27,624 nucleotides of DNA from a virus. Lineage: Duplodnaviria > Caudoviricetes. The stretch's first letter is position 1. Every line of letters starts with the position of its first letter. The notes under the pieces were generated by a model. That model was given only the letters and a program-made list of their open reading frames with translations, made no database searches and was not told the origin of the DNA. A program made the position numbers and the translations under genes. The stretch is from the IMG/VR virus record IMGVR_UViG_3300036783_000214, positions 1 through 27,624 of that record; one strand, given 5' to 3'. Positions 13,572 to 23,620 of this stretch are shown piece after piece.

Positions 13572-16559
13572 TTAGTCGAGCGGGATGAGGAACGTGTTGC
13601 CGATATTGGTCGTGCTCGACGGCAGCGACGAGGTCGCGATGACCCCGGTCGCCGAGGCGACGGTGAACCGCAGCGTGTTCGGCCACGCGGTCGCGGTCGT
13701 CGTGATGAACATCGGGTACGACCGGTCCGCTGTCGGCTTGTAAATGGCCGGGAGCGTCATGATGGTAACGTTTCCGCTGGTCCCGCTGTTGGTGATCGCG
13801 ATGTCCACGATTATCAGGGCGTTCTCGGCCAGGTTCCTGTACCGGATGATGCCGCCCCACCCGGTCGGCGGGGTGACGTTGTTCCACCCGTCGATCGTGC
13901 CGGGGCTGGACGGAACCCAGTTTTTCACCGACCCCACGTACCCGACCGCGACGGAGTGGCCGTACGGGTCGGTACCGTTGACCCCGGACACCGCCGCGCG
14001 GAGCGTGGTGGTGGACGGGTCGTAGATCAGCAGCCCCTGCGCGCCCAGGTTGAAATTCGTCCCGTTGAACACGCCGCCGTTGAACACGGCGGCGTTGACG
14101 GTGGTCGAGTCGACGATCCCCGCGACGACCGTGCCCGCGGCGATCAGGCTGGCGTTGATCGAGGACGCCTGGATGACGTTCGTCGCGTTCCACGTGATCG
14201 CCACCCAGGCACCGTTCTGCCACGTGTTGACCTGGTTCCCCGCAGACGTGTTGATCCACGTGTCGCCGTTCTTGCCGCCCCGCACCGTCCCCGACGACAT
14301 GACCGAGCTCGCGGTCGGGGTGAAGTACACGTTCACCACGCCTGCTGAGGCTGCACCGAGGCTGGTGACGGTGAACGGGCCGCCGAACCCGCCCGTGTTC
14401 ACGAACGTGTCCCCCACGCTGATCAGCAGCGACTGCTCCTGGGTGCAGATGAAATACGTCCCGTCAGCGGGCGGGCCCGCGCCGACGGTGAACGTCCAGT
14501 CGTACGGGGTCGCAGCACCGGTGAACGTGGTCGTCCCGCCGATCGTCCGGGCGGACAGGGTGGGGGCGAGGGTACTGGCCGGCAGCCCGCCGGCCCCGAC
14601 CTGCGACCCGGACACTGTCGACCCCACCTGCGACCCGGACGCGACCGAACCCCCGGTGACCTGGTTGACCGTGAACGTGCCCGGCGAGAACGATGTCTCG
14701 AACGGCAGCTCGGGGACCGCGTTGAAGCTGATCGTCCACCCTTGCGGTTCCCCCCCGAGGTTCTCCGTGTACCCCCAGGCGAGCTGTTTGGTCGTGCCGC
14801 CCCCCGCGAAACCGGGGAGGTTCGACACGGACATGTCATCCCCGATCGTGATGGACGGGACCGAGGAGAACAGGGGCGCGGCCTTAGCCCGGAGGAAATT
14901 CACGGTGATGACGGGCCAGCGGAGGTCGTCCACGGACCCCTGGAACAGTTTCTGCTGAGCGATCGCGTTAACCTGCGCGTGGGATGTGGTGCTCGTGTTC
15001 CCGGTCGACGCGTACAGGCCGACCCCGTTCGGGGGCGGCTGGACGGACAGCGCACCCGCGGCCAGGACAGCCTGCGCGACATACCCGTCGTAGTTGCTGA
15101 TGGTGACCTGGTTCCGGACCAGCGCATCATCATACGTCGGGGCGGGCGGGGCACCCAGCACCCCCGCGGAGTAGTCCAGCGTCACGGGGGACGCCTGGTT
15201 CTGCATGGACGCGAGGTTCCGGTAGCCGAGCCCGAAACTGTCCCGCAGCTCGTACAGCAGCCCCCCGTCCGTGTCCTCGATGATCTGCAGCACCGACGAA
15301 GCGGTCTCGTCAACCTGGGGGCCCATCGCCGCGCCCCCGGACCCGACCGTGGCGAACGGGATGTTCAGCTCGGTGCACAGCCTGCCGAACCGGGCGATCG
15401 CGGTCTCGCCCGCGTTCCCGCCGAGCGCGGTCGCCGCTGACACCAGCGACGGGACGACATACCAGATCCCGAACTGGCCGATGGTGGTGTCGGACATGCG
15501 GCCCTGGTTGTTGATCTGCACCGACGTGACCGCGAGGATCGACGCGGACGCGTACGTGCCGGTCGCCTGGTCCAGCGCCGCGCCCGCACCCGGTTTGATG
15601 ATCCGCAGCGCCCACCCGATGTTGCTCCCGGACGGGGTGATCTCCACCGACACCAGGACAGGGACGTTCGTGATTTTCGTCGCGACGGTCCCGTTAAACA
15701 CGGACGTGCCGCCGAGCGCCTGCGTGTACCCGGCGATGGTCAGCTGGTTCGCGTTGGTCAGCGAGATATCAACCCGTTTGACCGTGCCGCTGGCGAACAT
15801 GGACGCGACCTGCATCGACGGGAACTGGGCCAGGTTCGAGTCCCCCGCCGGGGGGACCGACATCGCGAACCGCATCACGTTGTTGGTGGGGGTCGCGGCC
15901 GAGGACACGTTCGCGGCGAACCGGGCCCCGTTCGGCTGGGGCAGCGCGTCCGACCCCGCGAACGAGGCGCTGTCCGCGCCGAACGACGGCGGGGCGGTCA
16001 CCGTCATGTTCGTCCCGGTCCCGTCGCCGAGCACGAACGCCGCGGACCCCGTCCCGTCCTCCATCGGCCAGTACGCCGCCGGGTTCGACGTGCCGGTCAG
16101 CAGGTACACGTACCGGGTGTACGCCGACCCGATCGGGGTGGCGTTCTGGGATATCCGCCGCCATATCCCCGACGCGGTAATCGACACGGCCACGTCCCGC
16201 TGGGAAATGTCCCACAGCGGCGGCCACGACGAGACCTCACCGGTGAACCGGTACCCCGAATACGCCACCCCCGACACGGACGTGGCGTTCACCGACACGC
16301 GGACCTGCGCGTTCCGGACAATATTCGGGTAATACGCGCCGCTCGCGTTCCTCGGGGTGAACCGCCCGTCCCGGTTATTCAGGGTGAGGGTCATGGAACT
16401 GGACGTGATAGACGACGTCTCATCCACCCGGCCCATCCCCGTGATCGAGATGGGGTCCCGGAGGTACACGTACGCCGTTATGTCGGTCCAGACCGACGCC
16501 AGATTCAGCTCAACTTTGATGCCCAGGGCGTTCGGTGGTTTACCCGGAAACGTCGCCAC
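13572..16559 (-). CDS. Minor tail protein (hub/tip with fibre-like C-terminus)
   Basis: 995 aa directly after the tape measure; WTDITAYV...LNNRDGRFTP, AAYWPMEDG (LamG-like); G/T/S-rich C-terminus. Confidence 0.85.
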   Translation of the reverse strand: MATFPGKPPNALGIKVELNLASVWTDITAYVYLRDPISITGMGRVDETSSITSSSMTLTLNNRDGRFTPRNASGAYYPNIVRNAQVRVSVNATSVSGVAYSGYRFTGEVSSWPPLWDISQRDVAVSITASGIWRRISQNATPIGSAYTRYVYLLTGTSNPAAYWPMEDGTGSAAFVLGDGTGTNMTVTAPPSFGADSASFAGSDALPQPNGARFAANVSSAATPTNNVMRFAMSVPPAGDSNLAQFPSMQVASMFASGTVKRVDISLTNANQLTIAGYTQALGGTSVFNGTVATKITNVPVLVSVEITPSGSNIGWALRIIKPGAGAALDQATGTYASASILAVTSVQINNQGRMSDTTIGQFGIWYVVPSLVSAATALGGNAGETAIARFGRLCTELNIPFATVGSGGAAMGPQVDETASSVLQIIEDTDGGLLYELRDSFGLGYRNLASMQNQASPVTLDYSAGVLGAPPAPTYDDALVRNQVTISNYDGYVAQAVLAAGALSVQPPPNGVGLYASTGNTSTTSHAQVNAIAQQKLFQGSVDDLRWPVITVNFLRAKAAPLFSSVPSITIGDDMSVSNLPGFAGGGTTKQLAWGYTENLGGEPQGWTISFNAVPELPFETSFSPGTFTVNQVTGGSVASGSQVGSTVSGSQVGAGGLPASTLAPTLSARTIGGTTTFTGAATPYDWTFTVGAGPPADGTYFICTQEQSLLISVGDTFVNTGGFGGPFTVTSLGAASAGVVNVYFTPTASSVMSSGTVRGGKNGDTWINTSAGNQVNTWQNGAWVAITWNATNVIQASSINASLIAAGTVVAGIVDSTTVNAAVFNGGVFNGTNFNLGAQGLLIYDPSTTTLRAAVSGVNGTDPYGHSVAVGYVGSVKNWVPSSPGTIDGWNNVTPPTGWGGIIRYRNLAENALIIVDIAITNSGTSGNVTIMTLPAIYKPTADRSYPMFITTTATAWPNTLRFTVASATGVIATSSLPSSTTNIGNTFLIPLD

Positions 16560-16574
16560 GTCTCACCACCCTTC

Positions 16575-19500
16575 TCAGTGCCGCCCGAATGCTGCCTGCA
16601 CGTCCCCGCCGCCGTGAACCCGGACATTGCCTTTCAGCCACTTCAACATGAAAGCGTCGAAGTCGCCGCTGCCGCTGCTCGCGATGGTGATATTCACCGT
16701 CGGGGGGGAACCGACCCTCTCGTTCCGGCCCGTCTGGTTCGACGCGAGGGTCAGGCCCGGGGGGAGCCACCCGCCGCGGTCGAATTTCAGCAGCTGCGGT
16801 GTCGCGGTGTGCGACGGGCCGAGCTTGCCCGGGTCCCACGGCGGTGAGTACGGCTTGCTGCGGGCCATGGCCTGCAGTTTCGTCAGCGTCCCCTGAAATG
16901 CTCTCACCTGGGCCGGTGCCGCACCGGAATGCCCCAGCAGCGCCGGCTGGAGGTTCCCCAGCTCCGCCGAGACCACGTTGTTGAGCGAATCGATCCGGCC
17001 GGGGAGCGCGGTGATGTCAGCGACGCTCCCCGTCGCGTGCGACGTCAAGAGGTTGAAATATTTGACCTCGTCGTTCTGCCGCTTAGCGACGGCGTAGATG
17101 CGCTCCTGGACGGCTTTCTTGTTCTTGTACATCCACGATCCGGCCTTGGCGTGGACCATCGCCGAGTACAGGGCTGCGAGGAGTCCCTTGTACCCGCCCA
17201 GCTCGTTCTTCTGGTCCGCCTTGACCTGGTTGAGCCACGGTATGAACTGCAGCTTCGGGACCGCCGCCGCTCCCTTAGCCGGGACCGGGCCGGTGACGGT
17301 CATCCCGGTCAGCCCGGTCAGCACCCCGATCCAGTGCTGCAGGTCGTGGGTCAGCGCCGGGTGGGAATGGGACAGGTCAATGTCTTTCGTCACCCGGAGC
17401 AGCAGGCTCAGCATGGAACGCAGGTGGCTGCGGCTGGCCGCCGACCCGGAATGGCTCAGCGTCGTGTTGTACGCGGACTGCTCGTTAGCCTGGTACCGCT
17501 TCAGGGTCCCCAGCTCGGAGGTGATCCCGGCCCGGTGCAGCGCCGTCCACGACCCTGCCTTGGCGTGCGCCAGGTCGTAGGTGTACGCGTTCCGGAGCCG
17601 CCCGTACCCGGTGTACTCCCGGTTCTGCGCGGACGCCATCTGCGACCCGAACGACCCCCCGGTGATCTTCCCCCCGGCCGCGAACCCCGGGACCAGTTTC
17701 ACGTCACTCGCGGGGGAGAACATGTCAGACCGCTGCACCCGCGCGGGGGTCCGTGCGCTGGCACCGCCGACCTGCCCGCCGGCGGCGTACCAGTTGTTCG
17801 CGACCTCATGCGCCCACGCCGCCGCAGGGCTTCCGTAACGTCCCGAAATGTATGCGAGCCCCCAGCGGACCTGGTTGGCGTAGTCACCCAGATTGTAGGG
17901 ATGCCCGTGCCCGAGGGACTGGGGGATGCCGTACGCCCCCGACGACGGATTGACGGCGTACGGGTTCCACCCGGATTCCTGGTTCCACAGGGCGAGCAGC
18001 GGTGGCCATTGCGCCATCGTCCACCCGTACGCCCACAGAATGGATTTGGCGTAGTTCTGCGCGGCCAGCGCCGACCCGTACGCTGCGGGTCCGGCCGCGT
18101 ACCCGACACCCCCTGCCATCGCCGACTTCTGCTGCGCCACGTACTGCGCGAACGCTTTCGTCGCCGCCGCGGCGATGGTCGCGGTCGAATGGGCCGCGAA
18201 CCCGGTGATCGCGTTCGTGGCCTCCTGCGGGAACGCCGGGTTCCCCTTGAGGTTCCCGGTGACCGGGGTGCCTACCTGGCCACCGGCGGCGAACCCGGGT
18301 AGCCTGCCGCGGAGGTGGTCGACCGCGCCCTGCTTCACCATCGACGTGGGGACGACGACCTCACCGGGCATCAGCATGGCCGCGACACTGTCCTTGCCGG
18401 GTGTCCCCCCGGAGATGAACCCGCCGGCGGCGTGGGGGGAGAAGTACGCGCCGGCGCTGATCTTGGTCCCGTTGACGTTGACGTACCCGTTCGCGTCGAC
18501 GGTGATCCCGATGGTCTTCCCGTGCAGCGCGTCGACCGACGTCTGCAACCCGTCGACAAGGGTATTCGCTTCCTTCGCGGACAGCCCGGAGTTCTTCAGG
18601 TCCTGGACCAGCTGGGCCCGCGCGCTCTGGCCCGCCTGGGTCTTGTCGGTGTGGTTCTTGACCGCGTCGGCGAACTTGTTGATGTCCCCGTACGCGCCGG
18701 GGGCTTTCTGCAGGATCGCGTCGAGATGGTCCTGGAAGTTCTTCCGGGCCGGGCCACCCTGGTCGATGGCCTTCGTGTTCCCCTGAAGCTTGTCGGTCCC
18801 GGCCTGGATGATCGCGTTGGCGCTCTGCTGCGACCCGGTCAGCTGGACCAGGATGTCGGACAGGTGCTTGCGGTCAGCGAGCCCGCCCGCGGTCGCCTGC
18901 GTGCCACGCTGCACGTCGTCGGTGTACTTCTGCATCGCGGCCTGCAGCCCGACCGAGTTCTCGACCGCCTTCGCCATGTCTGCGGTCAGGTCCTGGGACA
19001 GGACGGTCCCGAGTTTCTGCGCGTCCTGGGACAGGTTGTAGAACCCGATCGCCGCGTTGTTCGAGTCGGTCTGCAACGCGGCCAGCGGGTCGTGAGTTTT
19101 CCCGGCCCAGTCCCGCAGCTGCTTCAGGTTGGTCGTCGCCGGGCCCCCGGCTTCCTGGGCCAGCGACGAGATTTCCGCCGCAGCGACCTTGCTGGTCCCG
19201 GCCAGCGGGATCAGCACCTGCACCGCGTCCTTGATCGCCTTGGTCTGCACCGCCGCAGGGGCCTGACTGGACCGCATCGCGTCGAACAGCTGCGCCGCGC
19301 TGGTGAACGTCGACTGGAAGTCCGACTGCAACTGCAATGAAGCGTCGGTGACCTTCTTCGACGTGGCCGTGAACCCGCTGCCCAGCCCGGTCATCCGCGC
19401 CCCGGCGACCCCCGCGTCCTGGCTGAACCGTTTGATGGTATTCGCGAAATCGAGGAACCCGGACACCGGGGCGGACACGGTCTTGGTGAAATAGTCGTAC

Positions 19501-21794
19501 GCGGTGTTCAGCTGGTCGATCGACTTGACCTGATCCGCCCCCGCCACGGTCAGCGCATTCAGGTCCGACGCGAGCTGGTTCGCGCCCTGCCCCATCGCTG
19601 CGTACCCGTCGACCAGGCCCTGGATCTGCTGGATCGCGGTCGCCCACACCTTCGGGTCCTTGGACAGGAAGTCGGAGACCTTCACCCCGGCCAGAGCCGC
19701 CAGCGCCATCGCGCCGGCCAGCCCCTTCGTCCCGAACAGGCCCGCGATCTCCCCTACCCGCGCGGACTGCAGCAGCAGCTCCCCGGTCAGCTTCTTCTGC
19801 TCGTCGGACAGGTCCGCCGCGTCATGCGCGGTCCCCCCGTACGCCTTCCCCAGCGACGCGTACCGGCTTTCCGCTGCGTTACCCGAACCGGCCGCCTTGG
19901 TGAACTCGTCGTTCAGCTGCTTCTGGGTGTCCCGCAGTTTCTGGTTGGTCTGGGCTAGCGCCGACGCGGTCGTGTTGATCATGTTGAACACGGTGGCCGC
20001 GGCGACTGCCTTGTTCATCGAGTCGATGAACCGGTCGGTCGCGTCCCGAGCGGTGATGAACGCGACACCGAGCCCGATGATCACGGCCGCGCCGATGACC
20101 GCCCAGGTCCACGGGTTCGTGAACAGGGTGACGATCGACTTCCCGATGGTCTTGATCCGGCCGGGGAGGGCCTGCGCGGCGGTGGAAATGTCGTTGAAGT
20201 ACGCCCTGAGACGCTCCCCGCCAGTGGCGTCCTTGGTCAGGCTCCTGACCTCTTTCCCGGCCAGGTTCGCCCCGACCGCCAGGTTCAGCATCCCCCGGAC
20301 GGGTGAGAGGACCATTTTCACCAGCGCGGTCGTCGCAAGCCCCGCCCACAGGTAGATGCCGTGGAACGCGGCGACGATGGCGAGCAGGGGCACCGGCAGG
20401 TCCGCGACGACTTTCAGCAGCCCGGTGAACGCGGCGGTCACGGTGACGATCTTCTCGGCGATTCCGGTCTGCTCGGCGACCCGGATGAGCTGCGCGAGGA
20501 CATGCCCGATGTTCTGCGCGATGATCCCGAGCTTCTGCAGCATGAACGTGCCGGTGTTCACGAACTTCGTGATGCCGTTCTGGCCGCCTTGCATATCGAC
20601 GATGATCCGGGCGGCGAACCGGTCGAGCACAGCCCCGGTCCCCTCGGCGAGCTTGTCGAAGATGCCGAGCTGGTTGTGGGCCCCGCCGAGCGCGTCGCCG
20701 AGAAGCTGGAATACCTGGGGGCGGATCACCGACGCCATCTTGTCGAAGTGGTCAGTCAGCGGCGGGATCGTCTTCCCGGTTGCCTGGGAGACCGTGTTGA
20801 CGTACTTCATGTGGTCGCCGATGCGGCCCAGCGTGTCCTGCGCCAGCACCGCCGCGGCCCCGAACGCTCCCAGCCCCGCAGTCAGCACGGTCAGCGCCGG
20901 GACAAAGATCGCGAGGAGTTCCACGACGGAGTCCAGCGCAATATGGAACCCCGACACGGACCGGGCCCCGGCGAACAGGGCCACCCTCGCGTTCAAGAGC
21001 CCGCCGAACCACCCTCCCCACGCCAGCCGCCCCTGGACTAGCCGGTCGTTCAGGTTCTCCACACCTTGGCCGAGCGCTTCGGTGCGGGTCAGGAGCCGTT
21101 GCAGTTCCGCCTCGGCGGACTTCATCGACGCCTCGTCGAGGGTGATCTTCCGGGTGCGGAACCGGGCGACCGCGGCTTCCATGTCCGCGATCCTCGACAT
21201 GAACACCTTGTCGTCCAGCCCGGCTTTCAGCCCTTGCAGCGTCTTGCTGATGTAATCCAGGCCCGGGGTGATCTTCTCGTGGAAGAATTCAGCCTGCGCG
21301 GTCGCTTCGCGTTCCGCTTCAGTGACCTTCTCGATCGAGTCGGCCACCCGGAGAAACGCGGATTCCAGGTTCAGGACCTGCAGTTCACCCTGCTGCAGGT
21401 TCCGCGGGTTCAGCCTCATCTTGTTCAGGGTCTCGGCGGCGTTCCGGGCGGCGAGCTGCAACCGGGCGACCTGCACGAGCCCGTCGTGGGCCAGGTCCGG
21501 GTTGGCGCGCATCTCATCCAGCGCCTGCGCGATGACCCCGACCCGGGCGCGGAGGTCCTCCATCGCCGCGATCGCCTGGTTCTCGTTCAGGTGCAGGTCG
21601 ATCTCCGGGTGGAGCAGCTGCAGCTGCGCCAGGAACGCGAGGATCTGCGCCGACGCCTTCTTGGTGTTCGCGTTGACCGGGATCTCGGCCTCAAGCCCCG
21701 CGATTGCCTTCTTCATCCCGGCCATGGCGGTCGCGCGGAACAGCGAAGCGTCAGCCTCGATCCCGACATACGCGGTGCCTAGCCGGCGTGCCAT
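16575..21794 (-). CDS. Tape measure protein with SLT-type lytic transglycosylase domain
   Basis: 1739 aa, Ala-rich and helical; LGTAYVGI start; FAAGG repeats, GKDSVAAMLMPGEVV; LWNQESGWNPYAVNPSSGAYGIPQ. Confidence 0.95.
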   Translation of the reverse strand: MARRLGTAYVGIEADASLFRATAMAGMKKAIAGLEAEIPVNANTKKASAQILAFLAQLQLLHPEIDLHLNENQAIAAMEDLRARVGVIAQALDEMRANPDLAHDGLVQVARLQLAARNAAETLNKMRLNPRNLQQGELQVLNLESAFLRVADSIEKVTEAEREATAQAEFFHEKITPGLDYISKTLQGLKAGLDDKVFMSRIADMEAAVARFRTRKITLDEASMKSAEAELQRLLTRTEALGQGVENLNDRLVQGRLAWGGWFGGLLNARVALFAGARSVSGFHIALDSVVELLAIFVPALTVLTAGLGAFGAAAVLAQDTLGRIGDHMKYVNTVSQATGKTIPPLTDHFDKMASVIRPQVFQLLGDALGGAHNQLGIFDKLAEGTGAVLDRFAARIIVDMQGGQNGITKFVNTGTFMLQKLGIIAQNIGHVLAQLIRVAEQTGIAEKIVTVTAAFTGLLKVVADLPVPLLAIVAAFHGIYLWAGLATTALVKMVLSPVRGMLNLAVGANLAGKEVRSLTKDATGGERLRAYFNDISTAAQALPGRIKTIGKSIVTLFTNPWTWAVIGAAVIIGLGVAFITARDATDRFIDSMNKAVAAATVFNMINTTASALAQTNQKLRDTQKQLNDEFTKAAGSGNAAESRYASLGKAYGGTAHDAADLSDEQKKLTGELLLQSARVGEIAGLFGTKGLAGAMALAALAGVKVSDFLSKDPKVWATAIQQIQGLVDGYAAMGQGANQLASDLNALTVAGADQVKSIDQLNTAYDYFTKTVSAPVSGFLDFANTIKRFSQDAGVAGARMTGLGSGFTATSKKVTDASLQLQSDFQSTFTSAAQLFDAMRSSQAPAAVQTKAIKDAVQVLIPLAGTSKVAAAEISSLAQEAGGPATTNLKQLRDWAGKTHDPLAALQTDSNNAAIGFYNLSQDAQKLGTVLSQDLTADMAKAVENSVGLQAAMQKYTDDVQRGTQATAGGLADRKHLSDILVQLTGSQQSANAIIQAGTDKLQGNTKAIDQGGPARKNFQDHLDAILQKAPGAYGDINKFADAVKNHTDKTQAGQSARAQLVQDLKNSGLSAKEANTLVDGLQTSVDALHGKTIGITVDANGYVNVNGTKISAGAYFSPHAAGGFISGGTPGKDSVAAMLMPGEVVVPTSMVKQGAVDHLRGRLPGFAAGGQVGTPVTGNLKGNPAFPQEATNAITGFAAHSTATIAAAATKAFAQYVAQQKSAMAGGVGYAAGPAAYGSALAAQNYAKSILWAYGWTMAQWPPLLALWNQESGWNPYAVNPSSGAYGIPQSLGHGHPYNLGDYANQVRWGLAYISGRYGSPAAAWAHEVANNWYAAGGQVGGASARTPARVQRSDMFSPASDVKLVPGFAAGGKITGGSFGSQMASAQNREYTGYGRLRNAYTYDLAHAKAGSWTALHRAGITSELGTLKRYQANEQSAYNTTLSHSGSAASRSHLRSMLSLLLRVTKDIDLSHSHPALTHDLQHWIGVLTGLTGMTVTGPVPAKGAAAVPKLQFIPWLNQVKADQKNELGGYKGLLAALYSAMVHAKAGSWMYKNKKAVQERIYAVAKRQNDEVKYFNLLTSHATGSVADITALPGRIDSLNNVVSAELGNLQPALLGHSGAAPAQVRAFQGTLTKLQAMARSKPYSPPWDPGKLGPSHTATPQLLKFDRGGWLPPGLTLASNQTGRNERVGSPPTVNITIASSGSGDFDAFMLKWLKGNVRVHGGGDVQAAFGRH

Positions 21795-21804
21795 CGCAGC
21801 CCCC

Positions 21805-22227
21805 CTAAATGTCGCTGTCGTTCAGGGACCACAGCCCGGTGGTCAGGAACGGTTTCGGGGGGAACCCCGGGTGGAGCACCACACGGCCCATGTACCCGTT
21901 CGCGTATTCGGCTCCGATCGCGTCGGGGTTGTGCAGCGACCAGTCGCCGTGCGACACGATGATGTGGGGCCTGACGCCTTTCTCCAGGAAGAACACGGCG
22001 TACGACGCGGACACCTCACCTTGCTGCACGTCCCGGAGGGTCGCGCCCTGGCTGAAATCCGTGTCGATCGACCGGAGCGTCTCACCGGTCCGGACATGCA
22101 CCGTCCCCCGGGCGACCTCCGCGGCCTTGTCGGTCAGCTTCCGGACCAGCCGGGACACCGGCCCGAACGGGTCACGCAGCCACACCCGGATCGCCGTCTC
22201 GTCCAGCACCACCTTGTTCCGCGCCAT
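21805..22227 (-). CDS. HK97 gp10-like tail completion/neck protein
   Basis: VHVRTGETLRSI, YAVFFLEKGVRPH, HPG...KPFL. Confidence 0.7.
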   Translation of the reverse strand: MARNKVVLDETAIRVWLRDPFGPVSRLVRKLTDKAAEVARGTVHVRTGETLRSIDTDFSQGATLRDVQQGEVSASYAVFFLEKGVRPHIIVSHGDWSLHNPDAIGAEYANGYMGRVVLHPGFPPKPFLTTGLWSLNDSDI

Positions 22228-22513
22228 CAGCCGGTCTCCCCTTCGTCCCACTTCATGCCACGTTCCTCCATGTGCTCCCGCAGCTGGTCCAGCGCGCTCT
22301 TCTGCGCCGTCCCGTCGTCGTACAGCTCCTCGAGGAACATGTCGCGTCCCTCCTGGTCACGCCCGTCGAGCAGGATCACCAGGGCTAGGTTGCACGCTTC
22401 GCGCGGCGTGAGCCAGCGGATGCCCCGGCCGCACGCCCGGATCTGCTGCCCGTCGATCTCACCGAAGTTCGCCGCGATGAAGGCGAGGAGCCGGAAGGTG
22501 ACCCGGTAGGGCG
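22227..22513 (-). CDS. Tail assembly chaperone C-terminal extension (-1 frame, gpGT-like)
   Basis: Protein-like frame PYRVTFRLLAFIAANFGEIDG...LTPREACNL begins at CGC CCT ACC of the chaperone. Confidence 0.7.
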
Positions 22514-22960
22514 CGCCGAGATCACCTTGATCGCGTCGCCGACCACGTCGAGCAGCTCGTCCGCGTCCGCTTTGCATTCGACCGCCCAGTCTTCGAACGC
22601 GTCCCAGTCGCCGTGGTCCGCGACCAGGCAGTCCCTGTGTGTCGGGTCCCGCTGCGCCGATTTGCAGCCCGCGCACGTCCCGCACGGCCGGTCCGCGCCC
22701 TTGATCACGTCCCTGAGTATCTGGTACATCGCCGAGTAGGCCCGCTCGTCCGACGTCGACAGGTTCGCCGCATGGCTGAATTTCAGGAGCGGCATGAGGC
22801 CGACCTTCTCCGCTACGCGAAAATCACGCCCGGCGAGAGTCACTGTCTCGCCGGGCGCGATAACCTGCCCTGCCAGCTCGGTGTCCGTGCTGGCCTGCAC
22901 GACGATAGCGTCGCGCTCAGACCCGTCACCCAGGTCCAAATCGTATGACTCTGTGCTCAC
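22385..22960 (-). CDS. Tail assembly chaperone (gpG-like)
   Basis: Lies between the major tail and tape measure genes; ends ARPTGSPSGSS plus a low-complexity tail; has a CGTCAGC...HRDC segment. Confidence 0.8.
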   Translation of the reverse strand: MSTESYDLDLGDGSERDAIVVQASTDTELAGQVIAPGETVTLAGRDFRVAEKVGLMPLLKFSHAANLSTSDERAYSAMYQILRDVIKGADRPCGTCAGCKSAQRDPTHRDCLVADHGDWDAFEDWAVECKADADELLDVVGDAIKVISARPTGSPSGSSPSSRRTSVRSTGSRSGRAAGASAGSRRAKRAT

Positions 22961-22979
22961 CTTGTCCCATCCAGGGGTT

Positions 22980-23080
22980 GAGGGTTATCCTTGGGGAACC
23001 CTCTAGCACGGGTACACGCAGCGCCACCGGCTCAAGGGAAGCACGGTTCCCAAGGTTGCAACGGCCGGGGTGCTGCGTGC
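22980..23080 (-). other. Structured intergenic element (two hairpins with complementary loops)
   Basis: Stem 23014-23031/23064-23080; stem 22980-22986/22997-23003; loop sequences CCTTGGG and CCCAAGG are complementary. Confidence 0.5.
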
Positions 23081-23088
23081 GTTCAGGA

Positions 23089-23547
23089 TCAGGTACCCGC
23101 GATACCAGTTGACGGATACCGCTGAATGATCGTAGAAGCGTTCCAGGTCGACTTGAGGCCGACTGCTGCGCCGACACCGCCGGTCAGCGCGAAGTCCGGA
23201 AGAATGGTTCCGAAGAAGTACTGGCCAGGAGCGCTTCCCTGGACGCCGATGGTCGACGGGTAGAGGTAGAAGTTGCGGGAGAGCCCGTCTGTTGCGGCCA
23301 CATACGTCTGGGCGGTGGCGGTGTCGTAGAACCCGGTGAAGTCACCCGACGCGTCCGGCAGGCCTGCGACGTAGATCAGGTTCGTGTCACCCATCGCGGT
23401 CACGTCGACCTTCGCGACAGTAAAATTTATCGACCAGTCGGTGAGGAACGCCATCGGGGTCGCGATCGCGCCGCCGGTGACGCCACCGCCGCCGGGACCG
23501 TTCACCGCGACATAGGCGATGCCGTTGCGGCCGTGAATTCGGGACAT
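23089..23547 (-). CDS. Major tail (tube) protein
   Basis: 152 aa, RIHGRNG...WSINFTVAKVDVTAMGD...YVAGLPDASGDFTGFYD; GGAG RBS; upstream of the chaperone. Confidence 0.85.
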   Translation of the reverse strand: MSRIHGRNGIAYVAVNGPGGGGVTGGAIATPMAFLTDWSINFTVAKVDVTAMGDTNLIYVAGLPDASGDFTGFYDTATAQTYVAATDGLSRNFYLYPSTIGVQGSAPGQYFFGTILPDFALTGGVGAAVGLKSTWNASTIIQRYPSTGIAGT

Positions 23548-23620
23548 GCTTCAGCTCCTAACTGAGTGTCACGCCACCTTGGCGTAAACGGCTACTGCAT
23601 GGGACAGGTAAGGTTTCGGT

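Noticed and set aside
13374-22509. Many long plus-strand ORFs opposite the tail genes
   Set aside because: Shadow ORFs expected from high-GC codon bias; no motifs or RBS.
23080-23091. Stop read-through extension of the major tail protein
   Set aside because: TGA TCC TGA places a second in-frame stop immediately after the first.
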